Shown piece by piece: positions 8,479 to 18,162 of a DNA stretch of 64,000 nucleotides. The stretch is taken from the NCBI GenBank assembly GCA_963715335.1, contig CAVQRZ010000019.1, forward strand, positions 111,856 through 175,855. Reading direction: 5' to 3'. The notes beneath the pieces were generated by a model. That model was not told where the DNA came from, made no database searches, and saw nothing but the letters and a program-made list of their open reading frames with translations. The number at the start of each line of letters is the position of its first letter. Within the stretch, counting starts at the first letter, position 1. The position numbers and the translations under genes are program-made. This DNA is from an uncultured delta proteobacterium. GTDB taxonomy: Bacteria; Desulfobacterota; Desulfuromonadia; Desulfuromonadales; BM103.

Positions 8479-9078
8479 GAGAAAACCCTTACAGCCCCTG
8501 AGCGATCCGGGCTCAGAGACAGAAAGATATGGTCAGCTGTGCAGGCTGACGGTTAATGTCTGTGGAAGAAAGACCCCACTAATGGTTGGTTCTCTTTGGC
8601 GCTGAACCGGGCAACAAGATTCGCCGAGATCCTCACCGTCTCCTGTTGTGCCGGTCGCTGCAACGGTTGGAATATTTAGCCCTATCATTCTAAACTGTTT
8701 TCAGTACTGTGCAATCCCTGTCTGACCACGGTCAGAAGTTTTCCGATGAGGAGTAAGAATTGGATCACAAAGGCTGCTTTTTGCCCCGGGTCGCCACCAA
8801 CTGCCACAATCTTCGAGCCATGAATTTGAACCGCATGTCAGCCTGCTCTATCAGTCCCTCCCCGTCTCCGTGCGGGCAAGGCTGGCCGGGAAAATCAGAG
8901 CTGCCGATGCAGGAAATCTGTTTTGACCAGATATGGGCCGTTGCCATTCCTGAGACAATTCTTGCTGCTGAAAACTTGTCAGGTTGGCGGACGCTTTTGA
9001 ACTGTCGGCTTGCTTCCAACGTAATAGTCGATAACCTTTAGGTTGCCATCTTCGTTCGCAAAAAGCAGATTGGAGCCA

Positions 9079-9603
9079 ATGCTTGTGGAAGACAGGATCG
9101 ACATAGTTCAAGGTGACATTACCCTGCTGGAGGTCGATGCGATTGTCAACGCCGCCAACCAGAGCCTTCTCGGAGGCGGTGGCGTGGATGGTGCCATCCA
9201 TCGGGCTGCAGGCCCGGAATTGCTGGAAGAATGTCGCAAGCTGGGCGGGTGTCCGACAGGAGAAGCCAAGATTACTTCCGGCTACAACCTGTCCGCCCAC
9301 TATGTGATTCACACGGTGGGCCCGGTTTGGCATGGCGGTGACCGCAACGAGGACAACCTCCTGGCAAGCTGCTACCGCAACAGCCTGGACCTGGCGTTTC
9401 AGCACAAATTGCGGAGTATCGCATTCCCGTCGATCAGCACCGGAGTTTACCGGTTTCCGATAGCAAGGGCCAGCAGAATTGCATTGCGGGTGATCCACGA
9501 TTTTGTCGTTTCGGAAGAAGCTGCGCCGCGGGTGATGATCGTCTGCTTTTCCGAAGAGGACCAGGCTGCTTATCTGAAGGCCTATCAGGAATTAGTATTT
9601 TAA
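9079..9603 (+). CDS. ymdB: Macrodomain O-acetyl-ADP-ribose deacetylase (YmdB-like)
   Basis: [37 protein letters not shown]. Confidence 0.92.
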   Translation: MLVEDRIDIVQGDITLLEVDAIVNAANQSLLGGGGVDGAIHRAAGPELLEECRKLGGCPTGEAKITSGYNLSAHYVIHTVGPVWHGGDRNEDNLLASCYRNSLDLAFQHKLRSIAFPSISTGVYRFPIARASRIALRVIHDFVVSEEAAPRVMIVCFSEEDQAAYLKAYQELVF

Positions 9604-9717
9604 GCGGGTTTGTGCCCTGTCGATTTTGCTGTGCCTGTGCCGATATCCGACCCAATTTTTAGTTGTTCTTTGCAAAAAGAAAGCCCAAGTCAATTCCTGG
9701 CATTATACCTTTGTTGA

Positions 9718-9733
9718 TGGAATTAAATTTGCA
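9718..9733 (+). promoter_or_regulatory. Possible sigma54 promoter of the CBS gene
   Basis: TGGAATTAAATTTGCA, GG-N10-GC spacing. Confidence 0.4.
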
Positions 9734-9845
9734 TGGTAATTCTGGATGTATTGAATCAAGCCTTTTTTGCCTTAATTTCAGGGAAATAACCTGATCGGGG
9801 CAGGGGAATGACGGAATTTTGATGAGAATAGGTTTTGGGGGGAAG

Positions 9846-10682
9846 ATGAACCAGACAATTGGTCAATATGCAACGCGTCCGGTTGTGGCTGTTGAGTCAA
9901 CTTCGACGGTTCTTGATGCATTGAAGCTGATGAGTGAGAAACGGATCAGCTGCGTCGTTGCTCTTGCGCACGGCGAGCCGATCGGGATCCTGACGGAAAG
10001 AGACATTGTCTTCGCCGCAAACTGGTTGTTGGGACAGCCCGATCTCCTGATTAATGAAGTCATGAACAAGCCGGTGATGACGGCATCGGAGAACATGACC
10101 GTCGCCCAGGCTTACCGCGTATTCAGCCAGCATAATATCCGTCATCTCGTGGTGCGCGATACCCGGCTTGAGATGGCAGGAATCTTTACCCAGACAGACC
10201 TCGTACGGTCCCTGCATGACGAGGTGTTTGAAGGGGTCAGTGATATCATCGAGCTGATGTCCTCGAAGGTTCTGACCGTGGCAGCGGACGTCCCTGCCCG
10301 CTATGCTCTCTCTATGATGGCACGTCGGTCGGTCAGCTGTATTGTGGTTATCGATGGGCTGATTCCCGTTGGCATGTTTACAGAACGTGACGTGGTACGC
10401 TGCATTGCCGAAGGGGTTGACTTGACAACCGCTTCGGTAGGCGAAGTGATGTGCCCGTCAATCGTGACAACGCCGATGACGACCGCTCCTCATGCAACCA
10501 TCAGCATGATGCAGAAGAAGACGGTCAGGCGTGTCCTTGTGGTTGATGATCTGGGCGGCGTTGCCGGGATTCTGACCCAGACCGATATCGGCAGGATTCT
10601 CGATCGAAAAGAGCCCGGCCATATCAGTCGTCTTTTTGGCGAGGTCGGCAGCGGGGTAGAAGCTTCACCTGGGCCGATGTGA
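9846..10682 (+). CDS. Stand-alone protein with four CBS domains
   Basis: GILTERD, GIFTQTD, GMFTERD, GILTQTD. Confidence 0.9.
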   Translation: MNQTIGQYATRPVVAVESTSTVLDALKLMSEKRISCVVALAHGEPIGILTERDIVFAANWLLGQPDLLINEVMNKPVMTASENMTVAQAYRVFSQHNIRHLVVRDTRLEMAGIFTQTDLVRSLHDEVFEGVSDIIELMSSKVLTVAADVPARYALSMMARRSVSCIVVIDGLIPVGMFTERDVVRCIAEGVDLTTASVGEVMCPSIVTTPMTTAPHATISMMQKKTVRRVLVVDDLGGVAGILTQTDIGRILDRKEPGHISRLFGEVGSGVEASPGPM

Positions 10683-10707
10683 TTCCCATTGAGCGATGAC
10701 TAATATC

Positions 10708-10736
10708 AAGGGCCTTGCAGACCGCAAGGCCCTTTT
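10708..10736. terminator. Intrinsic terminator between convergent genes
   Basis: aagggccttgc-agacc-gcaaggccctt followed by tt. Confidence 0.75.
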
Positions 10737-10766
10737 CTCATTCACAAACACGCGAAACCAGATTGA

Positions 10767-11213
10767 TCAGCAGATGGTGGCCAGATGCAAAGGTTGACCG
10801 CCCGCGACCAGGCACGAGTCTTTTCTGTACTCGGGACACGTCTGGCAGCAATAATTTGTCAACCAGGTGGTCGCCTCCTGCTCGTCGGTGAACAACCGTG
10901 TATCGATTCCCCGGTTGTTCATGGCAAGTTGCAGGATCTCTAGCGGTGCTGATTTGATGTCATCTAAAAGGTATGCCGCCTTCTTGCCACGGTGACCAGA
11001 CTGATCCGTTGCCTTGGCTGCAAACTCGTATTGCTGGGAAAATGAACACGTCAGGTCCGCGCCTCTGAAATCTATGATGTTGCCCTTGATGGGAACCTGT
11101 CTTGAGGCGTCTTCGACAGCCTGCAAGGCCTTGAGTCTCAGGGCCAGGTCAACCCTTCCACTATATTTGATCCAGTAAAAGCCATTTTTGCAATATCTGA
11201 CGGTGAAAGGCAT
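10767..11213 (-). CDS. Hypothetical protein, SpoIIAA/STAS-SEC14-like with a Cys-rich tail
   Basis: IIDFR...KKAAYL...RLFTDEQEATTWL pattern; no clear RBS. Confidence 0.6.
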   Translation of the reverse strand: MPFTVRYCKNGFYWIKYSGRVDLALRLKALQAVEDASRQVPIKGNIIDFRGADLTCSFSQQYEFAAKATDQSGHRGKKAAYLLDDIKSAPLEILQLAMNNRGIDTRLFTDEQEATTWLTNYCCQTCPEYRKDSCLVAGGQPLHLATIC

Positions 11214-11218
11214 AAAAC

Positions 11219-11244
11219 AAAAAAGGGCACACGCAAGTATGCCC
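11219..11244 (-). terminator. Terminator after tRNA-fMet
   Basis: gggcatac-ttgc-gtgtgccc followed by a T run on the minus strand. Confidence 0.7.
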
Positions 11245-11260
11245 CTCCCCTGAATTTTGT

Positions 11261-11337
<77 letters not shown>

Positions 11338-11348
11338 ACGAAGACGCC

Positions 11349-11377
11349 AAGCTACCGGAAGCAAGTGCCCTTGTCAA
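11349..11377 (-). promoter_or_regulatory. sigma70 promoter of tRNA-fMet
   Basis: TTGACA-17-TAGCTT. Confidence 0.7.
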
Positions 11378-11459
11378 CCTTTTCTCGCGATACAGGCTCT
11401 GCTGCTTGCCGTTGGGCTCCTTATTGGAGTATAACCACTGTCACTGAGGGTTGTTGGTG

Positions 11460-12515
11460 ATGTCAAAGACGATAAACCTAGAAAAGGCATTGGCCCTGCG
11501 TGACAGGGGCGCGGTGCTGATTGACGCGCGCAGCCCGGCAGAGTTTGCCGAGGCGACCATCCCGGGTGCGATCAACATACCGATCCTTGATGATGCGGAG
11601 CGCGACGAAGTCGGTACGCTATATAGGCAGGTCGGGAAAGCCCCAGCCAGACGACGCGGAGTGGTGCTGGTTGCCCCCAAGATCCCGGCCATGGTGGAGC
11701 AGGCTGCCGATCTCCAGTCCGGCACTTCCCTGCCCGTGGTTGTCTTCTGCTGGCGCGGTGGTATGCGCAGCCTCGCTTTGACCCAGTTCCTGGAACTTGC
11801 CGGTATTCCCGCCTGGCAGTTGTTGGGGGGGCATAAAGGTTTTCGCAGGCATGTCCTGGATTTCTTTGAGCAGGGTCAGTGGGGTCGCATGATAGTCTTG
11901 CGTGGTCTGACCGGAGTGGGCAAGACTCATTACCTGCATCGTCTGGCCGAAATCGGCGCTCCGGTTATTGACCTTGAAGGGTTGGCGAATCATCGCGGCA
12001 GTGCCTTCGGCAATCTCGGTTTGCCGCCGCAGCCTACCCAGAAAATGTTCGAAGCGCTGGTTTGGAACGAGTTGTGCAAAATACCGCAAGGAGCTTTTGC
12101 CTTGGTGGAAGGGGAGAGCCGTCATATCGGTCGGGTTGCTTTGCCGATACGGCTGTACGACTCCTTGCAGGCCGAAACATCGATCTGGCTGAAGACAGAT
12201 ATGTCGACCCGGATCAAAAATATTTTGGCTGACTACCCGGCGCTCGACAGCCTCAAGACCAGTTTTACCGAACCGATCAAAGCTCTTAAGGAGAGGCTCG
12301 GTAAAAAGACGGTCAACCGATATCTGGAATTGCTTGATGCGGGGGAGTGGACTGACTTGGTTCGCGAGCTGATGGAGAATTATTATGACCCTCTCTATCA
12401 ACATACCCTGCCGGAGAGGCGGATTGAAATCGAACTCGGGCCGGAAGAGACGGCCCTGGAGCGTATTCAATCGGCCGTCTCCTGCGTATTGGATAATCGC
12501 GTTGCACCGCAGTAA
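11460..12515 (+). CDS. mnmH: tRNA 2-selenouridine synthase
   Basis: Rhodanese DARSPAEF, CWRGGMRS; GLTGVGKT; DLEGLANHRGSAFG; YYDPLY. Confidence 0.95.
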   Translation: MSKTINLEKALALRDRGAVLIDARSPAEFAEATIPGAINIPILDDAERDEVGTLYRQVGKAPARRRGVVLVAPKIPAMVEQAADLQSGTSLPVVVFCWRGGMRSLALTQFLELAGIPAWQLLGGHKGFRRHVLDFFEQGQWGRMIVLRGLTGVGKTHYLHRLAEIGAPVIDLEGLANHRGSAFGNLGLPPQPTQKMFEALVWNELCKIPQGAFALVEGESRHIGRVALPIRLYDSLQAETSIWLKTDMSTRIKNILADYPALDSLKTSFTEPIKALKERLGKKTVNRYLELLDAGEWTDLVRELMENYYDPLYQHTLPERRIEIELGPEETALERIQSAVSCVLDNRVAPQ

Positions 12516-12581
12516 CCCTTTACTGTTCTGGCCTCCTTCACACAGAGGGTTCCCATGCAAAAGGCCTGGATGGATGCCAAC

Positions 12582-12755
12582 ATGAAGCCACTGCCGAAAG
12601 ATAAATCGATCAACCCTCTTTGTCTTAAGTGCCTACGCCACTGCAAACAGCCGGCGAACAATCTTTTGCTCGAGTGCCCGCGTTATTTCCCGTTGCCGTT
12701 CAAGGTGGAGAAGCTTCGCTTTGATCAACTGGATTTGTTTGACGGGGAAGAGTGA
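12582..12755 (+). CDS. Small Cys-rich protein with C-terminal QLDLF
   Basis: CLKCLRHCKQ...CPRY...DQLDLF; start uncertain (12555-12582). Confidence 0.65.
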   Translation: MKPLPKDKSINPLCLKCLRHCKQPANNLLLECPRYFPLPFKVEKLRFDQLDLFDGEE

Positions 12756-12780
12756 GAGGGGTTTGAGATTGGTCTGAGCA

Positions 12781-13309
12781 GGCAACAGATGGTTAATCTG
12801 TTGCCCTCTGTCTTTATTCTTAAAAAGCTTAAAACCAAAACCGGCGGGTCGCGTCCCGCCCGACGCCATACTTTTGTCCGGCAACAAAAGTATGCAAAAG
12901 TGCCTTCTCCTTGCGGAGGGCATCTCCTTTGCCGGATTTCTGTGACTTCAGGAACCTTTACTGATGGGGATCCGGCCCTGTGTCAAAGGGCCTGACCTTG
13001 CCGTGTGATTTACCAGGGAAAAGCCAAAGCAACCTCTATCAATGCAAGTCTCCACGAAAGGAGAGGCTCTCAAGAGCCTCGGCTCCTGCGGGGGAAACGC
13101 TGGGCTCTTGATCGATTAGAACCATCCGGATTGAGGTTGCCGCCTTGACGCGCCAGACATGCCCAGCGCAGCGCAGGCCTTTTTCTGCTTACTCTTTTAG
13201 GCCAGTAAAAGAGTAAGGCGCCGTCGGGGGGCGCAACCCCCGGGTTCTGTTTTTGTCTTTGATTTCCAGAGAACAACAGCAAAGGGCAACAGATTAACCA
13301 TCTGTTGCC
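12781..13309. mobile_element. Non-coding MITE/REPIN-like element with terminal inverted repeats
   Basis: 27-nt perfect TIR (ggcaacagatggttaatctgttgccct) plus mirrored hairpin modules over ~120 nt at each end. Confidence 0.6.
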
Positions 13310-13332
13310 CTTGTTTGTTCATTTCGCAAAAT

Positions 13333-14457
13333 CTAGTTCGACAACCGATCCAGAAACTCCACGATCTTTGGTGTAAACTTCTCCGGCTCAACCAGGAACG
13401 AATCGTGCCCATAGTCCGAGTCAACCAAGTGGTACTCCGTCGGTTTGCCCTGGGAATGCAGCACCTCGATCAACTCTTCGGTCTGATACGGTGGGTAGAG
13501 CCAGTCCGAAGAGAATGCAAACCAGAGTGATGCGCAGTTCAGGTTGCTCAGCGCTTCGTCCAGCCCTTCAAAACCCCAGGCAATATCGTAGAGGTCCAAT
13601 GACTTGGCCAGGTAGAGGAAGCTGTTGGTGTCAAAGCGGTCGACAAAGTTGCGGCCGTTGTATGCCAGATAGCGTTCGATCTCGAACTGGCCGAAGAAAT
13701 CAAACTGGCCATCCCGGGAAGAGAACCTCCTGCCGAACTTGAGGTTCATCGACGGGTCGGACAAAAACGAGATGTGGCCGACGGCACGGGCCAGGGCCAG
13801 GCCGTCTGCCGGGGGATGCTCCGGCTTGTAGTTACCTTTGCGCCACATTGGATCGTTGTAGATCGCCTGTCGGGCCAGTGCATTCAGGGCGATCGCCATC
13901 GGCGACGGCCGTCCGGTTCCGGCGATCGGGATGATCGAGCAAACCCGGTCCGGGTAGTGGATTCCCCACTCGATGGCCTGCATGGCTCCCATGCTGCCGC
14001 CGATCACCGTGAGCAGCCGGTCGATCCCCAGATGGTCCAGAAGCAGCTGCTGGGCACGCACCATGTCGCGGACCATGACCACCGGGAACTGCAGGTTGTA
14101 AGGCTTGCCGGTCCGCGGGTTGGTGCTGGTCGGTCCGGTGGAGCCGAAGCAGGAACCGATCACATTCGAACAGATGACAAAATAGCGGTTGGTGTCGAGG
14201 ACTTTGCCCGGGCCGATCATATCATCCCACCAGCCCGGTTTGCGATCGTCGGCATGATGGCGCCCGGCCGCATGCGCATCACCGGTCCAGGCGTGCGCCA
14301 CCAGTACGGCGTTGCTTCGGGCCTCGTTCAACATCCCGTATGTTTCATAGGCAAGCGTCAAGGGCCCGAGCAGTCGGCCGCTTTCCAGCCGCAGCTCAAC
14401 GTCGAAGTCGACGTATTCTGTTTTGACGATGATTGCCGAATCGTTCACGGTAAACAA
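13333..14457 (-). CDS. metX: Homoserine O-acetyltransferase
   Basis: [28 protein letters not shown] riboswitch upstream. Confidence 0.95.
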   Translation of the reverse strand: MFTVNDSAIIVKTEYVDFDVELRLESGRLLGPLTLAYETYGMLNEARSNAVLVAHAWTGDAHAAGRHHADDRKPGWWDDMIGPGKVLDTNRYFVICSNVIGSCFGSTGPTSTNPRTGKPYNLQFPVVMVRDMVRAQQLLLDHLGIDRLLTVIGGSMGAMQAIEWGIHYPDRVCSIIPIAGTGRPSPMAIALNALARQAIYNDPMWRKGNYKPEHPPADGLALARAVGHISFLSDPSMNLKFGRRFSSRDGQFDFFGQFEIERYLAYNGRNFVDRFDTNSFLYLAKSLDLYDIAWGFEGLDEALSNLNCASLWFAFSSDWLYPPYQTEELIEVLHSQGKPTEYHLVDSDYGHDSFLVEPEKFTPKIVEFLDRLSN

Positions 14458-14470
14458 CCCTGTTGAAAAT

Positions 14471-14504
14471 AAAAGGCCCCTTCCCGAGAAAATGAGAAGG
14501 GGCC
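14471..14504 (-). terminator. Expression-platform terminator of the SAM riboswitch
   Basis: ggccccttc...gaaggggcc-tttt on the minus strand. Confidence 0.8.
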
Positions 14505-14540
14505 GGCAGATACTTTGTAAACTGTATTGCGGGCTCCGTC

Positions 14541-14664
14541 CTCATCTGTCCCGTGGCTTTAACCTCGGGCCGGATTTAGCACCTGGCACCCGCTATGGCG
14601 CTTTCTTCCGCGGGCCGGTTGCTGTGGCTTCAAAGGGCCTGTCCCTCCACCACTCTTGATAAAG
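14541..14664 (-). ncRNA. SAM-I riboswitch (S-box)
   Basis: TTATCAAGAG-TGGTGGAGGGACAGGCCC-TTTGAAGCC-ACAGCAACC...GGTGCTAAATCC...GATGAG. Confidence 0.95.
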
Positions 14665-14685
14665 ACGTGTTGCTATGTAGGCAAA

Positions 14686-14714
14686 ACTCTAACGAAAACT
14701 GTCTGCTTTGTCAA
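14686..14714 (-). promoter_or_regulatory. sigma70 promoter of the metX leader
   Basis: TTGACA-17-TAGAGT. Confidence 0.65.
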
Positions 14715-14731
14715 ACGCTTTGCTGCATGGG

Positions 14732-17095
14732 TTATGATTTGAAAGAACCGATCTGTTTCTCCAGTACGTTAGCCTGTTCGGCCAGGTTTTCAACCACCGT
14801 GTCGAGTTCTGTGGTGCGGACGGCGTTCTCCTCGGCAACCTTGCGCACAGCGGATGCTGATTCAACCAGCTGACGACTGCGCGCTGATTGGTCCTTGGAC
14901 GACTGGTCGATCTGTTGCAGCATGTTGCGGATATTTTCCATGCTGGCGCTGATCTGGTGACTGCCCCTGGCTTGCTCGCCGGTGCTGAGCTTGACCTGTG
15001 AGGAGATGTCTTTCATAGATTCTGCCGCTTCGGCGAGGAGTTGAATGCCGTCTGACTGTTGTTTGACGGCCGAGGAGATCTGCTGCAGCATGTTGGCAAT
15101 CTGGTTGACCGCCTCGGTGATCTGGCGACTGCCCCGAGACTGTTCCTGGGTGGCGCGCACGATGCTTTTGACCTGCTCGGCAGATCGAAGGGCACTGTGG
15201 GTCAGCTTTTCCAGGGCCTCTTCGGCGACTTTTGAGCGTTCAGCCTCTTCATGGACGCGTTCGCTGCCGACCTGCATGGCCTTGACGGCCTCCACGGTGC
15301 CGGTCTGCAGGCGCCGGATGATTGCGGAAATCTCCTGGGTGGACATGGCCGTTCGCTCCGCCAGTTCACGGATCTCGTCGGCTACCACGGCAAAACCCTT
15401 ACCATGTTCACCGGCCTGTGCGGCAATAATCGATGCGTTCAGGGACAGCAGCCTGGTCTGGTCGGCGACTTCGTCGATAACGGTCAGGATCGAGCCGATC
15501 TCGCCGGACTGCTTGCCCAGCTCTTCAATAGCCCGGCTGGCGTCTTCAACGTTCGCCCGGATCAGTTGAATGCCGGAAATCGTCTCGGCCACGGCAGCCT
15601 TGCCCAACTCCGCGTCACGGCTGGCTTGCTCCGAGAGTTCATTGGTCAGCAGGGCCGTTTCCTCGACTTCCTTGATCGATGCGTCCATCTCGGTGATCGA
15701 AGAAGCGGTTACTTCCGTCGAAGAAGAAAGGTTGTCGAGATTGTCGGCAACCTGCTGGCTGGACACCGACATTTCAGTGGTCGAGCTGGAAACCTCTTCA
15801 ATCGTACTGAAGAGGCGTTCGACCTGGGCGACAATTTCTTCTATCGTCGCGCCAAGTTCCAGGGTTGCTGACGATGAAATTTCGACCGCTTCGAGCAAGG
15901 CGCTGATACTGTTGCCGACTTCGAGCGTCGATTCGTCGATGCTTTTAATTGCCACGAACGAATCCTCAAGGGCTGCAGCCTGGTTGGCCGTGCCGTTGCT
16001 GACATCCTGGGACGTGTGGCGAATTTTCTCCGTGGCGACCGAGATATCCGCGCCAGCCGAGCGCAGGCGCTGGACCATCTCACGCAGGCGGGCGACAAAG
16101 TTGTTGAAATTGCCGGCCAGCTCGCCAACTTCATCGTTGCTGCTGACCACGAGCGTCCTGGTCAGGTCTGCCTCGCCCTGGGAAATCTCTCTCAGGTTGT
16201 CGACGACGACCAGGAGCGGTTGGGTCAGCGCCCGGGAGAACAGGAACGCCGCGACCAGTACGATTGCAACGACGGCAACAATCAGGATGGCCATCAGGTT
16301 GCGCAATGACTGCCGCGCCTGCAGGGCCTCTTCAAGGTCCTGGGCGATCATCAGATTGAATGCGGTGCCGGTCAGTTCACGCGTGATCGGCAGGTATGGC
16401 TTCTCCCCAAGCAGGATTTCGCTATTCTGCCGGGACAGATCCTGGCCCTGGAAGTCAGCGTGGGAGGCACCGACGACTCCCTGCTCGTCGAAGAACGCAA
16501 CCTCGACGCCACCCATTTGCTTGACATGGAGGGCGAATTCATTGTCGAGAAGATAGGCTCCGACCAGGAACCCGACGACGTTGTCCTGAAGTCTGACCGG
16601 GCTGGCCACAAGAATTGTCAGCTTGCCGAGATAGTTAGACAGCCCCGCCTGGATATTCCCTTCTTTGCGGGCGGCGACCAGCAGGGGATGGTTTGTCTCC
16701 GGCTGCTCAGGCAGGCTCAGCCCCTCATTGTGGACCCTGAACAGAGACGTGCCGTCCGCTGCGAGGACCTCGAGGATGTCCATGCCGTACTGTTCCCGGT
16801 CGGTTTCGATCGGTTCCCGAAGCTGATCGATGTCTCCGGTCAGGGAAGCGTAATACAGGGCGTTGACGATATCGGAGGAGCTGCTCAGCAGTCTAAGGTA
16901 GTTGGATAATTCCTGCTGGCTGCTGGTGGTACTGCGGGCAACGAAGTTGCTCGATTTTTCGGCAAACTGCTTCATGCTGTTGCGAATCTGGTCGTTGGTG
17001 AAGTTGGAAAGGAAGTTCAGGCTGAACAGCAGGGGAACGACGGCGACCAGAAGCATGACCAGCAAGGTTTTGCCGCGTAGTTTTATTTTGAGCAT
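14732..17095 (-). CDS. Methyl-accepting chemotaxis protein (2 TM, periplasmic sensor, HAMP, long signalling domain)
   Basis: [54 protein letters not shown]. Confidence 0.95.
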   Translation of the reverse strand: MLKIKLRGKTLLVMLLVAVVPLLFSLNFLSNFTNDQIRNSMKQFAEKSSNFVARSTTSSQQELSNYLRLLSSSSDIVNALYYASLTGDIDQLREPIETDREQYGMDILEVLAADGTSLFRVHNEGLSLPEQPETNHPLLVAARKEGNIQAGLSNYLGKLTILVASPVRLQDNVVGFLVGAYLLDNEFALHVKQMGGVEVAFFDEQGVVGASHADFQGQDLSRQNSEILLGEKPYLPITRELTGTAFNLMIAQDLEEALQARQSLRNLMAILIVAVVAIVLVAAFLFSRALTQPLLVVVDNLREISQGEADLTRTLVVSSNDEVGELAGNFNNFVARLREMVQRLRSAGADISVATEKIRHTSQDVSNGTANQAAALEDSFVAIKSIDESTLEVGNSISALLEAVEISSSATLELGATIEEIVAQVERLFSTIEEVSSSTTEMSVSSQQVADNLDNLSSSTEVTASSITEMDASIKEVEETALLTNELSEQASRDAELGKAAVAETISGIQLIRANVEDASRAIEELGKQSGEIGSILTVIDEVADQTRLLSLNASIIAAQAGEHGKGFAVVADEIRELAERTAMSTQEISAIIRRLQTGTVEAVKAMQVGSERVHEEAERSKVAEEALEKLTHSALRSAEQVKSIVRATQEQSRGSRQITEAVNQIANMLQQISSAVKQQSDGIQLLAEAAESMKDISSQVKLSTGEQARGSHQISASMENIRNMLQQIDQSSKDQSARSRQLVESASAVRKVAEENAVRTTELDTVVENLAEQANVLEKQIGSFKS

Positions 17096-17145
17096 CAGGT
17101 TACCTCAAGCAAGGTTGGAATGTCAGGAAATGAATTCGCTGGGCA

Positions 17146-18105
17146 TTATTTCACGATTTGCGCCTTTGATGCAATTCCCGGCGGGATGGTCAGCCCGAGT
17201 TGGCCGGCAGTCTGTTGATTGATTTTCAGGGTGATCTTTTTGGCTTCCCTGACCGGTAGAATATGGGCTTTCTGCCCTTGCAGCACCTGCAGCACATGCA
17301 CTGCGACCAGTTTGCCCTGCTCTTCCGGATCGGCCTCCAGCCCAATCAGGGCGCCGGCCTCGACCAAACCCGGAATCTGTGAAAAAACGATACAGCCGTT
17401 TGCCTGTGCGGCAGAAAGAATCTCTTTGCTCTGCAGGGCGACGGCAATGCTCTCGGTGAGGAATAATGCGTCGGATGCAGCCGCCAGTTTACTCCCGAGT
17501 TCTGCCGCTTCATTGGGATTGCGGGCATTCTCGGCAGAGACATTGAAGCCGAAGTCTTTGCCTAGCTCCTTCAGCTCTGCCAACTGCTGCGCTGAACCGC
17601 CTTCTCCATCGGTATAGAGGACACCGATCTTTTTGACCGGTTTGACGGCAACCAGGGCTTCGACGAGTTGTTTGAGACTCGTCTTGCTGGTAGCGCCGCT
17701 GGCGTCGGTGCCGGGGGCCGCGAGAGTTTTGACAATGCCAAGGGCAACCGGGTCATACACGTCGGCGAACAGCAAAGGGGTGTCTTTTAGCTCACTTTTT
17801 GCAACCTCGGCGGCACGGCAACCATAAGTAACCACTATGGTTGCGCCTGCGGCCTCGAACCTGCGCAGGCTGTTAACCAGTGACATCTTGTCGGCATTCG
17901 GTGACTGTGTGAATATCTTCAGTTTGTCTTCGCCGAAGCCGCCGGTCTGCAGCACTTTGATCATGGCCTGGTGGGCTTGCTGATAGCGCGGCAGGTCCGC
18001 GGTCACAATGGCACCAATGATCTGCTGGGCACTGACCGTTCGGCAGAAGAGCATGCCGGAGAAAACCACCGTCATGACAATCAACGTACGAAAAACATGA
18101 TTCAT
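17146..18105 (-). CDS. Periplasmic ABC-type substrate-binding protein, no permease nearby
   Basis: Signal peptide; PLLFADVYDPVALGIV, KKIGVLY, INQQTAGQLGLTIP. Confidence 0.88.
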   Translation of the reverse strand: MNHVFRTLIVMTVVFSGMLFCRTVSAQQIIGAIVTADLPRYQQAHQAMIKVLQTGGFGEDKLKIFTQSPNADKMSLVNSLRRFEAAGATIVVTYGCRAAEVAKSELKDTPLLFADVYDPVALGIVKTLAAPGTDASGATSKTSLKQLVEALVAVKPVKKIGVLYTDGEGGSAQQLAELKELGKDFGFNVSAENARNPNEAAELGSKLAAASDALFLTESIAVALQSKEILSAAQANGCIVFSQIPGLVEAGALIGLEADPEEQGKLVAVHVLQVLQGQKAHILPVREAKKITLKINQQTAGQLGLTIPPGIASKAQIVK

Positions 18106-18162
18106 GTGCTTACCCTGCTCCCCTCACACCGGTTTCATGATTGAACACCGCCCGACCTTGAC

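Noticed and set aside
8760..9041. ORFs 8760-9041 (+) and 8765-9019 (-)
   Set aside because: No recognisable motifs or convincing composition; treated as intergenic, though a small gene cannot be excluded
12545..12580. LexA box upstream of the QLDLF protein
   Set aside because: GGTTCCCATGCAAAAGGC does not fit the Geobacter-type GGTT-N2-C-N4-G-N3-ACC motif
12789..13424. Short ORFs inside the inverted-repeat element (MVNLLP... on both strands)
   Set aside because: By-products of the terminal inverted repeat; no transposase motifs
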